DNA of 32,939 bases from the sequence record SRR20825006_20; one strand, written 5' to 3'. Under the pieces are notes generated by a model. The model saw only the letters and a list, made by a program, of their open reading frames with translations. It did no database searches and was not told the origin of the DNA. Shown here in pieces: positions 9,006-16,755 of this stretch. Each line of letters starts with the position of its first letter. Position 1 is the stretch's first letter. Both the position numbers and the translations under genes were made by a program.

Positions 9006-11465
9006 ATGAAACAAAAGCTACTTCTTTTTCTACTTACCCTAAGCACATTAACCGGAACTGCACAAATCACCGGTTTGGTTAGCAATACCGATGGCGAACC
9101 ACTCCCTTATGTAAATATTTACCAGAAAAATGCGGCTACCGGTACAACTTCTAATGGCGACGGCAATTATGAACTCGCTATAGCAAAGCCCGGGAATTAC
9201 ACTGTCGTTTTTCAGTTTTTAGGATTTCAGACTAAAGAGGTTGAAGTTAGTATAATCTCTTTTCCGTTTGAGCTGAATGTCACCTTGCAGGAAGAAACCA
9301 CCTCACTAGATGAAGTTTTTGTAGATGCTACCGGCAATCCCGCCAATAGGATCATTCAAGCTGTACTTGAACAAAAACCATTAATTTTAGATAAACAGAA
9401 AGCATATACGGCAGATTTCTATTCCAGAGGTTTATGGCGCGTAGAAAATGCACCTGAAAAATTCTTAGGTCAAGAAATTGGAGATCTTGGCGGCGGACTG
9501 GACTCAACCCGAACGGGTATTGTTTATCTCAGCGAAACCATCTCAAAAATCGCTTATCAAGCTCCAGATGATTTTGATGAAACCATCACCGCAAGCAAAG
9601 TAAGCGGAAATGACAACGGTTTTAGTTTTAACAGCGCTCAAGAAGCTGATTATTCCTTTTATGAAAATACGTTAGAGATCAATGCGCAACTCATTTCGCC
9701 ACTGGCTGACAATGCCTTTAATTATTACAACTATAAACTTCTAGGCGCGTTTAAAGAAGGTAATAAACTCATCAACAAAATTGCCGTTACCCCAAAACGA
9801 GAGAACGATCGAGTATTTTCTGGCGTAATTTATATTGTAGAAGATGACTGGCAACTTTATGGTGCAGAACTCACGACAACAGGTAAAGCCATTCAAGTGC
9901 CTTTTGTAGAATCTTTGGTGTTTAAACACAATTTTAAATACGATTCGCAAACCGATTTATGGGTGAAAATTTCACAGAACATTGAATTCAGTTTTAAACT
10001 TCTGGGGTTTGGCGGAAATGGTCGCTTTACCGCAGTTTATAGCAATTATGATTTTGAGCCGCAATTTGAGCGTTCTTCTTTTTCTAATGAGGTGCTGCGT
10101 TTTGAGCCTGAAGCCAATAAGAAAGACAGTTTATTCTGGCAACAAATACGACCGGTACCGCTAACTCTTGAAGAGCGTGCAGATTATCAACTTAAAGATA
10201 GTATTCAAGAAAAACGCAATTCAAAACCCTATAAAGACTCTGTAGATGCAGTATCTAATACCTTTGGGATTTTAGATCCTCTATTAGGTTATAGCTATAC
10301 CAATAGTTTTGAGCGCTGGCGCATAGGTTACAGCGGGCCCGCTTCTACGCTTAATTTCAATACCGTTCAAGGTTTTAATGCAACAGCAGGTTTATTTTAT
10401 AACACTTGGACCGAAGAATATAATCAAGCTACCTATGCCAGTCTTGATGCAAATTATGGTCTGGACGATGATCGCCTGCGTTTTACAGGAAATATTGCAA
10501 AGCGTTTTAATAAAATTAATAAACGCACGCTTGGTATTACGGGTGGAACAAAGGTGCAACAGTTCAATGCGCAAGAGCCCATTTCTAAATTGGTAAATAG
10601 CATTTCTACCCTCTTCTGGGAACGTAACTATATGAAGCTTTATGAACTCGATTTTGCTCGAGTTTACTATAGTGAAGAGCTTTTTAATGGCTTTCAATTT
10701 TATGCCAACGCTGCGTACGAAAAACGTAGTCCGCTTTTTAATACAACAAATCAAGTTTGGATTAAGAATTCGGTGGTCTATACATCAAACAATCCGCTAG
10801 CGCCGCTAGATTTTGACACAGCTGCAATTGTGCCACACGAGTTGGCTAAATTTAATGCCAGAGCGGTCATTCATTTTGATCAAAAATATATGAGTTATCC
10901 TGACGGAAAGTTCAATGTGAGCGAGTCAAAATACCCTACGCTAACCCTAAATTTTGAGCAAGCTTTTGCAGCATCAGATCCCGGTTTTAATTTTACTCAG
11001 ATTGCTGCGCAGTTGAAGCAAGAATTAGACATCGGCAACAAGGGAAATTTAGGTTATACTCTGCACGGCGGAACCTTTTTACAAGGTGATGATATTAGTT
11101 TTGTAGATTATCAACATTTTCAAGGAAATCAAACACGAATACAAATGCAAGGGAGACACTTAGATGGTTTTAACCTGCTCCCCTACTACGATTTTAGTAC
11201 TAACAACAGCTATTTTGAAGGACACGTTGAGCATAATTTTAAAGGTTTTATTTTGGGCAAAATTCCCGGAATACGTAGTTTAAATGCTAATTTAATTCTT
11301 GGTGCGCATTCCTTAATTACCCAAGAGCAAAAACCGTACTATGAATTTTCAGCAGGGATTGGTAATCTAGGTTTTGGTAAATTTAAATTTTTACGAGTAG
11401 ATTATGTACGATCAATTAATGGCCCTAATCAAGACGGAGCATTCGTCTTCGGCCTAAGCTTTTAA
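9006..11465 (+). CDS. Outer-membrane protein with carboxypeptidase-regulatory-like N-domain (DUF5686-type)
   Basis: Signal peptide from the ATG at 9006 (MKQKLLLFLL...TAQ), GEPLPYVNI...GTTSNGDGNY...FQFLGF N-domain, beta-rich body, C-terminal Phe (FGLSF). The TTG start at 8946 in the track is probably too far upstream. Confidence 0.75.
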   Translation: MKQKLLLFLLTLSTLTGTAQITGLVSNTDGEPLPYVNIYQKNAATGTTSNGDGNYELAIAKPGNYTVVFQFLGFQTKEVEVSIISFPFELNVTLQEETTSLDEVFVDATGNPANRIIQAVLEQKPLILDKQKAYTADFYSRGLWRVENAPEKFLGQEIGDLGGGLDSTRTGIVYLSETISKIAYQAPDDFDETITASKVSGNDNGFSFNSAQEADYSFYENTLEINAQLISPLADNAFNYYNYKLLGAFKEGNKLINKIAVTPKRENDRVFSGVIYIVEDDWQLYGAELTTTGKAIQVPFVESLVFKHNFKYDSQTDLWVKISQNIEFSFKLLGFGGNGRFTAVYSNYDFEPQFERSSFSNEVLRFEPEANKKDSLFWQQIRPVPLTLEERADYQLKDSIQEKRNSKPYKDSVDAVSNTFGILDPLLGYSYTNSFERWRIGYSGPASTLNFNTVQGFNATAGLFYNTWTEEYNQATYASLDANYGLDDDRLRFTGNIAKRFNKINKRTLGITGGTKVQQFNAQEPISKLVNSISTLFWERNYMKLYELDFARVYYSEELFNGFQFYANAAYEKRSPLFNTTNQVWIKNSVVYTSNNPLAPLDFDTAAIVPHELAKFNARAVIHFDQKYMSYPDGKFNVSESKYPTLTLNFEQAFAASDPGFNFTQIAAQLKQELDIGNKGNLGYTLHGGTFLQGDDISFVDYQHFQGNQTRIQMQGRHLDGFNLLPYYDFSTNNSYFEGHVEHNFKGFILGKIPGIRSLNANLILGAHSLITQEQKPYYEFSAGIGNLGFGKFKFLRVDYVRSINGPNQDGAFVFGLSF

Positions 11466-11483
11466 AAGCCAAATTTTAAAATT

Positions 11484-11873
11484 ATGAGCAAGGGTTTACT
11501 ACTATTTTTTTCTACAATGCTACTCGTGAGCTGCGTCAAAGACAAAAGTATCGCTGTAACTCAGATAGATGGCTTTCCTCCTGAAATTATGGGGTGTAGT
11601 TGCTATTATGCGGTAGATGAAGCGCATTTTCAAAAACAGCAATTTATTTATATTGATAGTTATGAAACTACTCCTGCTTACATCAGTATAAATAATTCTT
11701 TAATTGCTGTTGACCCAAAAAATGAACAAAATTCTAAATATACCTTAGACTTTGAAATTGAGGAAGAAATTCAACTAGATCAAGAACGCTATCATAGGGA
11801 AGGAACTCTTAAAATAACTGACAAAAATGGAGCAGTTTACAGTACTTCAATATATGGAGAATGCGGTTGTTAA
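11484..11873 (+). CDS. Hypothetical lipoprotein with CSC and C-terminal CGC motifs
   Basis: Lipobox LLVSC; GCSCYY and terminal GECGC. Confidence 0.7.
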   Translation: MSKGLLLFFSTMLLVSCVKDKSIAVTQIDGFPPEIMGCSCYYAVDEAHFQKQQFIYIDSYETTPAYISINNSLIAVDPKNEQNSKYTLDFEIEEEIQLDQERYHREGTLKITDKNGAVYSTSIYGECGC

Positions 11874-11885
11874 ACGAACTTATTT

Positions 11886-12401
11886 ATGGCTGAAAAACTA
11901 CAACAACCCGAAGTTTGGCTAAGAGGTTCTCTTAAAGATCTGCCTGTACTACTACAGCCTGCAGCATTTGCTCTAATGCAAACCAATGAAGAATTACCGT
12001 TTTGGTTGAAAGATTTCCCAAAAGAAAAATTATGGGTCAAACCGGCAGGAAGAGCTTCCGTAGGATTTCACCTCAAGCATTTAAGCGGCGTCTTAGATAG
12101 AATGCTTACGTATGCCAAAGAAGAACCCTTATCTTCTGAACAATTTGCGTACCTCAAAGCAGAGGAAGCGATTAAAACTGATCTCTCTGTTGAACAACTA
12201 ATAGAGATTTTTACTGCAAAGGTTGAAGAAGCCCTTACTTATTTTAAAACATTAGAAGAGCACCAGCTAACGGAGCCTCGATCTGTAGGAAGAAAAAAAT
12301 TACCATCCACTTTAATTGGATTATTATTTCACGCTGCTGAACACAGTCAGCGCCATTTAGGTCAGCTTATCGCAACGGCAAGTTTTGTAAAAACGCTTTA
12401 A
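11886..12401 (+). CDS. DinB/YfiT-like metal-binding protein
   Basis: SVGFHLKHL and HAAEHSQRHLGQ histidine motifs of the DinB superfamily. Confidence 0.82.
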   Translation: MAEKLQQPEVWLRGSLKDLPVLLQPAAFALMQTNEELPFWLKDFPKEKLWVKPAGRASVGFHLKHLSGVLDRMLTYAKEEPLSSEQFAYLKAEEAIKTDLSVEQLIEIFTAKVEEALTYFKTLEEHQLTEPRSVGRKKLPSTLIGLLFHAAEHSQRHLGQLIATASFVKTL

Positions 12402-13051
12402 TTCCCATTAGAAACAATCTTATTTTTCAAAGCGTATAGCACAAGACCTATTCTACTGCGTACCTCAAGCTTTTTAAAAAGCGTGTCTCTGTAATTGTCG
12501 ATAGTTTTAGGACTTAGGCACATTTCGCTCGCAATTTCCTTATAGGTTTTATCAGAACAGGCAAGCTCCATAAACTCTAATTCTCTACTTGAAAAATTTT
12601 CGAGGAGTGTATCTTGTTCTTTCTTAGAAACACCTTTAAGTAAAGCAGTAGTTACATTATCAGTGTAGTAGTGACCGCGTTCTATCACTTGGTTGAGCGC
12701 AAGATTAAGTGTTTCTGGGTGAATATCTTTCAGCAAATAGCCTTTGCTTCCTGCTTTTAGCATTTTAATGATGGTTTCTTCATCATCATCCATAGAAAGC
12801 GTTATGGTTTTAATTTCCGGTTTGTGCTCATTTAGCCAAGAAATAGTCTCAAAACCATTCATTATAGGCATATTAATATCTAAGAGTAGAATATCAGGTT
12901 CTTTATCGCAGGTACTGAGTTTATTAATCAAGTCGTTACCATTACGTGCCATAAAAGCCACCTCAAAACCATTAAAACTATTGATGAGCCCTTGTAGGGA
13001 TTGTGCAAAAAGAACGTGATCATCAACGACTCCTACAACATGGTTTTTCAT
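12398..13051 (-). CDS. NarL/FixJ (LuxR-HTH) response regulator
   Basis: Receiver VVDDH, LLDINMP (phospho-Asp), LSM, GYLLK; C-terminal FSSRELEF...TYKEIASEMCLSPKTIDNYR..LFKKL HTH. Confidence 0.93.
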   Translation of the reverse strand: MKNHVVGVVDDHVLFAQSLQGLINSFNGFEVAFMARNGNDLINKLSTCDKEPDILLLDINMPIMNGFETISWLNEHKPEIKTITLSMDDDEETIIKMLKAGSKGYLLKDIHPETLNLALNQVIERGHYYTDNVTTALLKGVSKKEQDTLLENFSSRELEFMELACSDKTYKEIASEMCLSPKTIDNYRDTLFKKLEVRSRIGLVLYALKNKIVSNGN

Positions 13052-13110
13052 GGAAATAGTAAAATTTGTGGTTAGTTTTAAGTGCGTTAAAGGTAATTAT
13101 AATAAATAAA

Positions 13111-13899
13111 TTAAACCTTTATGTATTTGATTTTAAGACGTGTACCCTTGTTTTTAGTTGAATTAAGCTCAAACTCTGCTCTGATCATTTGTGCCCGAGT
13201 ATGCATATTTAGTAGCCCAGAACCCTGAGATGTTACACTTTGATCAAAGCCAATCCCATCATCTTGGGCTAAAATTTCTAAGAAATCATCCTTAAAGAGC
13301 ATCATAACCTCTAGAGAAGAGGCTTTCGCGTGTTTGATCACATTACTGAGAAATTCTTGCACGATCCTAAATAAAATGATGGTATCATCTTTAGGTATTG
13401 AAAATGGCGCTCCTTGAATAGTAAATGTTGTATTTAAAAATTTAAGTCGTTCTAGGCGGTTAAGTTCATTTTTTATACTCTCTTGAAGACCGATGTGTGT
13501 AATAATATCGTTGTTCAGGTTTTTAGATAAGGCCCTTATCTCACTTAAAGATTTGCCTAACAGTTTTGTAATTTCGATAAGCTCTGGTTCTTTTTCTAAA
13601 TGATTATTTGCGCCAAAGATCTTCAACTCCAAATTAGCTACAGAAATTAGCTGACCAATATTATCGTGCAATTCGCGACCCACATTCTTTAAGGTTTCTT
13701 CTTGAATTTCGACCTGAGTACGCGCAACTTCTTCTTGATATCTTAAAATAGCTTCATTGCGCTGATTGATGAACTTGATCTTGCGCTTTTGAAATACTGA
13801 AAAAAGAATAATGATAATCATCAAAAAGGCAAGAAGCACTAAAGAACATACTATAATAAGTAGTTCAAAAGAGCCTAAAATGTTATCATCAAAAGACAT
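13111..13899 (-). CDS. HisKA_3-type histidine kinase with a single TM helix and no sensory domain
   Basis: One N-terminal hydrophobic helix, H-box RELHDNIGQ, N-box FRIVQEFLSNVIKHA, DDGIGF and GSGLLNM G-boxes; 262 aa. Confidence 0.92.
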   Translation of the reverse strand: MSFDDNILGSFELLIIVCSLVLLAFLMIIIILFSVFQKRKIKFINQRNEAILRYQEEVARTQVEIQEETLKNVGRELHDNIGQLISVANLELKIFGANNHLEKEPELIEITKLLGKSLSEIRALSKNLNNDIITHIGLQESIKNELNRLERLKFLNTTFTIQGAPFSIPKDDTIILFRIVQEFLSNVIKHAKASSLEVMMLFKDDFLEILAQDDGIGFDQSVTSQGSGLLNMHTRAQMIRAEFELNSTKNKGTRLKIKYIKV

Positions 13900-13911
13900 A
13901 CAAGAAGCAAG

Positions 13912-14574
13912 TTAGCTTTTTTTTGCTATTGGATGCTCCATTTTATAGCGATCAGATTTTATAAACGCAATTGCGATGCAACAATATTGAATACAATTAA
14001 TGAGAAAGAGAACCACACTCAGAATAACCGGATTTTCTTGTAAAAAGAACATTAAAGTAATGTAAAAAGGCAAATAGGTCACACAATAGGTCAAAATACC
14101 AAAACTCACCCAGAAATATGGTGATTGCGTAATGTTAAGCACAACTTCTCGCGTGAGCATTTCGATAAAATAAAAAGCTACAGCAATTATGAGCAATAGT
14201 GTACCTAAAGAAAAGGTGATGGACAGGTAATTATCAGTTATAGAGCCTATTGTCAACGCTTCGCCAAACCAAAACACGATATACACTAAAAAGAAAAACT
14301 TAAGTATTTGCGCTTTTACGGTCGAAACAATTAGCGAATGAAACCAAGCTAAAAAAAAGGAAAAATGAATTAGAATATAGATATTATATAAAAAGGTATT
14401 GGGGATGTTCAATACTTCATATGAAATACCCGCTAAAAACTCATTGGCCACCACATAGATCAAAAAGTAAAAGACATATTTAAAGTAAAAATCTTTAAAT
14501 TCTTTATACTTTATAATACCTATGATCAGAGCAATAAGTTCTAAGTATTGAGAATACGAACTCAAATCTTCCAT
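13912..14574 (-). CDS. Hypothetical polytopic membrane protein (about 6-7 TM), candidate receptor subunit
   Basis: 220 aa, almost entirely hydrophobic/aromatic helices; 12-nt gaps to both neighbours imply co-transcription. Confidence 0.8.
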   Translation of the reverse strand: MEDLSSYSQYLELIALIIGIIKYKEFKDFYFKYVFYFLIYVVANEFLAGISYEVLNIPNTFLYNIYILIHFSFFLAWFHSLIVSTVKAQILKFFFLVYIVFWFGEALTIGSITDNYLSITFSLGTLLLIIAVAFYFIEMLTREVVLNITQSPYFWVSFGILTYCVTYLPFYITLMFFLQENPVILSVVLFLINCIQYCCIAIAFIKSDRYKMEHPIAKKS

Positions 14575-14586
14575 TAAACCTGTTTT

Positions 14587-15075
14587 CTATTGGTACGTGC
14601 CTGGAGGTGGTTTTCTTAAATGTCCCATATTTAATGGAGGGACTTCAAGATCCTCTTCTTCCTCTTGAAAATTAATACTAAAAACAGCCGCTTCATTAGA
14701 AGCTGCTTTATATCCGGTTGGGACAATAAATAAAGTTGAGTATCCGGAAACTTCAGCATTGTGGTAATCCTTAGGATAAGCTCCATAATACACGCGTAAG
14801 CCGTTTACATTATATCCTTTTTCCTTCGCTACACTTTTTGCATAAGCGATATAGGCTTCTAGATCATCTACAGACCACCAACTTGATCGACTATCAGGCA
14901 TACCAATAGCTTTGTTTATGGCATCCGCACGAGTTTCGGTAAATGTGCGATCTAAAATCTTTGCTTCTTCTATTGAAATAACTCCTTTAGGAGGTTTTGC
15001 AGTATTGTATTGTTCTGTACAACCTAAAAATAATACGGTTACAAAACCGCATATAAAAACTTTAAAACACCTCAT
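14587..15075 (-). CDS. Hypothetical lipoprotein, first gene of the signalling cassette
   Basis: ATG at 15075 gives MRCFKVFICGFVTVLFLGC (lipobox, Cys19); core SSWWSVDDL...GLRVYYGAYP...TLFIVPT; acidic linker then PLNMGHLRKPPPGTYQ tail. The GTG start at 15099 in the track is less likely. Confidence 0.75.
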   Translation of the reverse strand: MRCFKVFICGFVTVLFLGCTEQYNTAKPPKGVISIEEAKILDRTFTETRADAINKAIGMPDSRSSWWSVDDLEAYIAYAKSVAKEKGYNVNGLRVYYGAYPKDYHNAEVSGYSTLFIVPTGYKAASNEAAVFSINFQEEEEDLEVPPLNMGHLRKPPPGTYQ

Positions 15076-15147
15076 AATAGTATTGATTTTATGATTCACA
15101 GTCTAAAGTACTGCATTTGCTAACAAATAGATTATCAGCAAGTTAAA

Positions 15148-15166
15148 TAGGGGGAAATTCCCCGTA
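15148..15166. promoter_or_regulatory. GC-rich palindrome, candidate response-regulator binding site
   Basis: TA-G-GGGGAA-A-TTCCCC-G-TA: perfect 6-bp arms (15151-15163) extendable with one mismatch, in the AT-rich divergent intergenic region. Confidence 0.5.
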
Positions 15167-15229
15167 CAGTAAAGGGAATAAGCTGAATTAAAAAAGGGTC
15201 AATGACGCAATGGCTTTCGGGATTTTAAC

Positions 15230-15244
15230 TACTGAATATCAGTA
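15230..15244. promoter_or_regulatory. Second palindrome TACTGA-ATA-TCAGTA just upstream of the eCIS -7 box
   Basis: Perfect 6-bp inverted repeat ending 11 nt before the -7 box. Confidence 0.4.
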
Positions 15245-15255
15245 ATTTATATATT

Positions 15256-15263
15256 TAAATTTG
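15256..15263 (+). promoter_or_regulatory. -7 element (TAAATTTG) of the eCIS operon promoter
   Basis: Exact TAnnTTTG 29 nt upstream of the ATG at 15293. Confidence 0.6.
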
Positions 15264-15292
15264 AATAACAAAAAATCTAAACTCTCCAACCC

Positions 15293-15895
15293 ATGCTCTA
15301 TGAATCCCTCGAAATATTACGAGAGCAAGTCGAAATCTATTTAGAAGAAATGGATTTAGGCACTAATTTGGTGACTTTAGATTCCATTGCGCATTTTATT
15401 GATAAGCCCAATAGAGATAATCAACCTTTAGATAATAAAGTAGTTGTCTCGCTGCTGAATCTTCAAGAAGAGGTGACGCTCAAAAATCAACGCAACTATA
15501 CGGTTCAATCTGGCAAACCTGTATATAAAAATACTCCGGTATTTGTAAATGCCTACATTCTGTTTACCTGCAACCGTCTGGAGTATGCGTTTTCCTTACG
15601 GTCTCTTGCGGCAATACTTCAGTTTTTTCAAGGGAAAAATAGTTTCAATCATAAAAACACATTCTTTTCTAGAAATACGCAAGTAATGCAAGCCGTAAAA
15701 GAATTTCAATTTACGGTTGAGCTTTACACACCTTCCTTTGAAGAACTCAATTATATCTGGAGCATGCATGGCGGTAAGGCTTATCCTGCGGCTATCTACA
15801 AACTCAATATTTTGAGCTTAGAGCGTCAACATGTACTAGATGAAGGCGCTTTACTCACACAGGTTAATACCAATTTTAAACACCTAACATCGTGA
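15293..15895 (+). CDS. eCIS cap/tail terminator protein (DUF4255, Pvc16/Afp16-like)
   Basis: VVVSLLNLQEE..LKN, P.FVNAYILF, SL..L..ILQFFQ, ELYTPSFEELNYIWS..GGKAYP..IYK pattern; first gene of the cluster. Confidence 0.85.
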   Translation: MLYESLEILREQVEIYLEEMDLGTNLVTLDSIAHFIDKPNRDNQPLDNKVVVSLLNLQEEVTLKNQRNYTVQSGKPVYKNTPVFVNAYILFTCNRLEYAFSLRSLAAILQFFQGKNSFNHKNTFFSRNTQVMQAVKEFQFTVELYTPSFEELNYIWSMHGGKAYPAAIYKLNILSLERQHVLDEGALLTQVNTNFKHLTS

Positions 15896-16743
15896 GCACC
15901 ATTACCACATATCGGCCATTATTTCAACTGGATATTTTCCATAAGTTCTTTTTAGATGACGGAGTCACACCTTTTGACTCCAATGAAACAATTCTTAAAA
16001 AACAACTTCAAAAATATAACTGGAATTCCTTCGGGAAAATAGTTCCTACTGCTGAGACAAAAGTAAACCTACAGAATCACAGAATGTTGCTCAAACCAAG
16101 TCCTTTAGGCTTTGTGGTTTTGGTTGAAGCTGAACTTTTAAATGATACCGCTCCTAATCACACACCATTAATTGCTTTAGATCAAGACCTAAAGCTTGAT
16201 TTTTATATTCAGCTCTTAGACCCGCAATTTTATAATTACACAGACCTTGATCCAGCTTTTGACCGTCCGCTTTTCCTAAGTAATCATGCCACGCTTTACA
16301 ATGCTGCCGCACCCGTTTATTTAGCCAGACATAATGAAGAATCAAATGCTAAAAATCATTCGGTTTCCGAAGCTTTTAAAGACTTTCTCATTAAGAAATA
16401 TGGTGACATTCGAACCGAAAAACCTTTTATAATCTCCTTAAAAATGCGTGATGCGGGTTCGGGCTTAAATCTGGTTTTATTAAATGGAACGCTTCCACAG
16501 CATACACCGCATTTTAAAATTGTATTTCATAATCGAAAAACCATTTGGCGCTATTATTCAGTAGCGACAAAGGTTCTGATATACACTACAGAACCTGAAG
16601 AAAAACCTCTAGTACAGCATGGGATTGTCCCTATAAGCAATGCGGGTACTGACTACCCTACTCCTACTCCTTCTAGAATTTATCAAGACCGTGATACAGA
16701 CGGTTCGCTCATCAAAACATATTCTAACATTTATATTAATTAA
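15892..16743 (+). CDS. eCIS accessory protein, probable cap adaptor (Alg16B-like by position)
   Basis: GTGA overlap with the cap gene; lies between cap and sheath; YRPLF...HKFFLD and F.NRKTIWRYY...P.P.P motifs. Function inferred from gene order. Confidence 0.55.
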   Translation: MSTITTYRPLFQLDIFHKFFLDDGVTPFDSNETILKKQLQKYNWNSFGKIVPTAETKVNLQNHRMLLKPSPLGFVVLVEAELLNDTAPNHTPLIALDQDLKLDFYIQLLDPQFYNYTDLDPAFDRPLFLSNHATLYNAAAPVYLARHNEESNAKNHSVSEAFKDFLIKKYGDIRTEKPFIISLKMRDAGSGLNLVLLNGTLPQHTPHFKIVFHNRKTIWRYYSVATKVLIYTTEPEEKPLVQHGIVPISNAGTDYPTPTPSRIYQDRDTDGSLIKTYSNIYIN

Positions 16744-16755
16744 ACACTTTCTATT

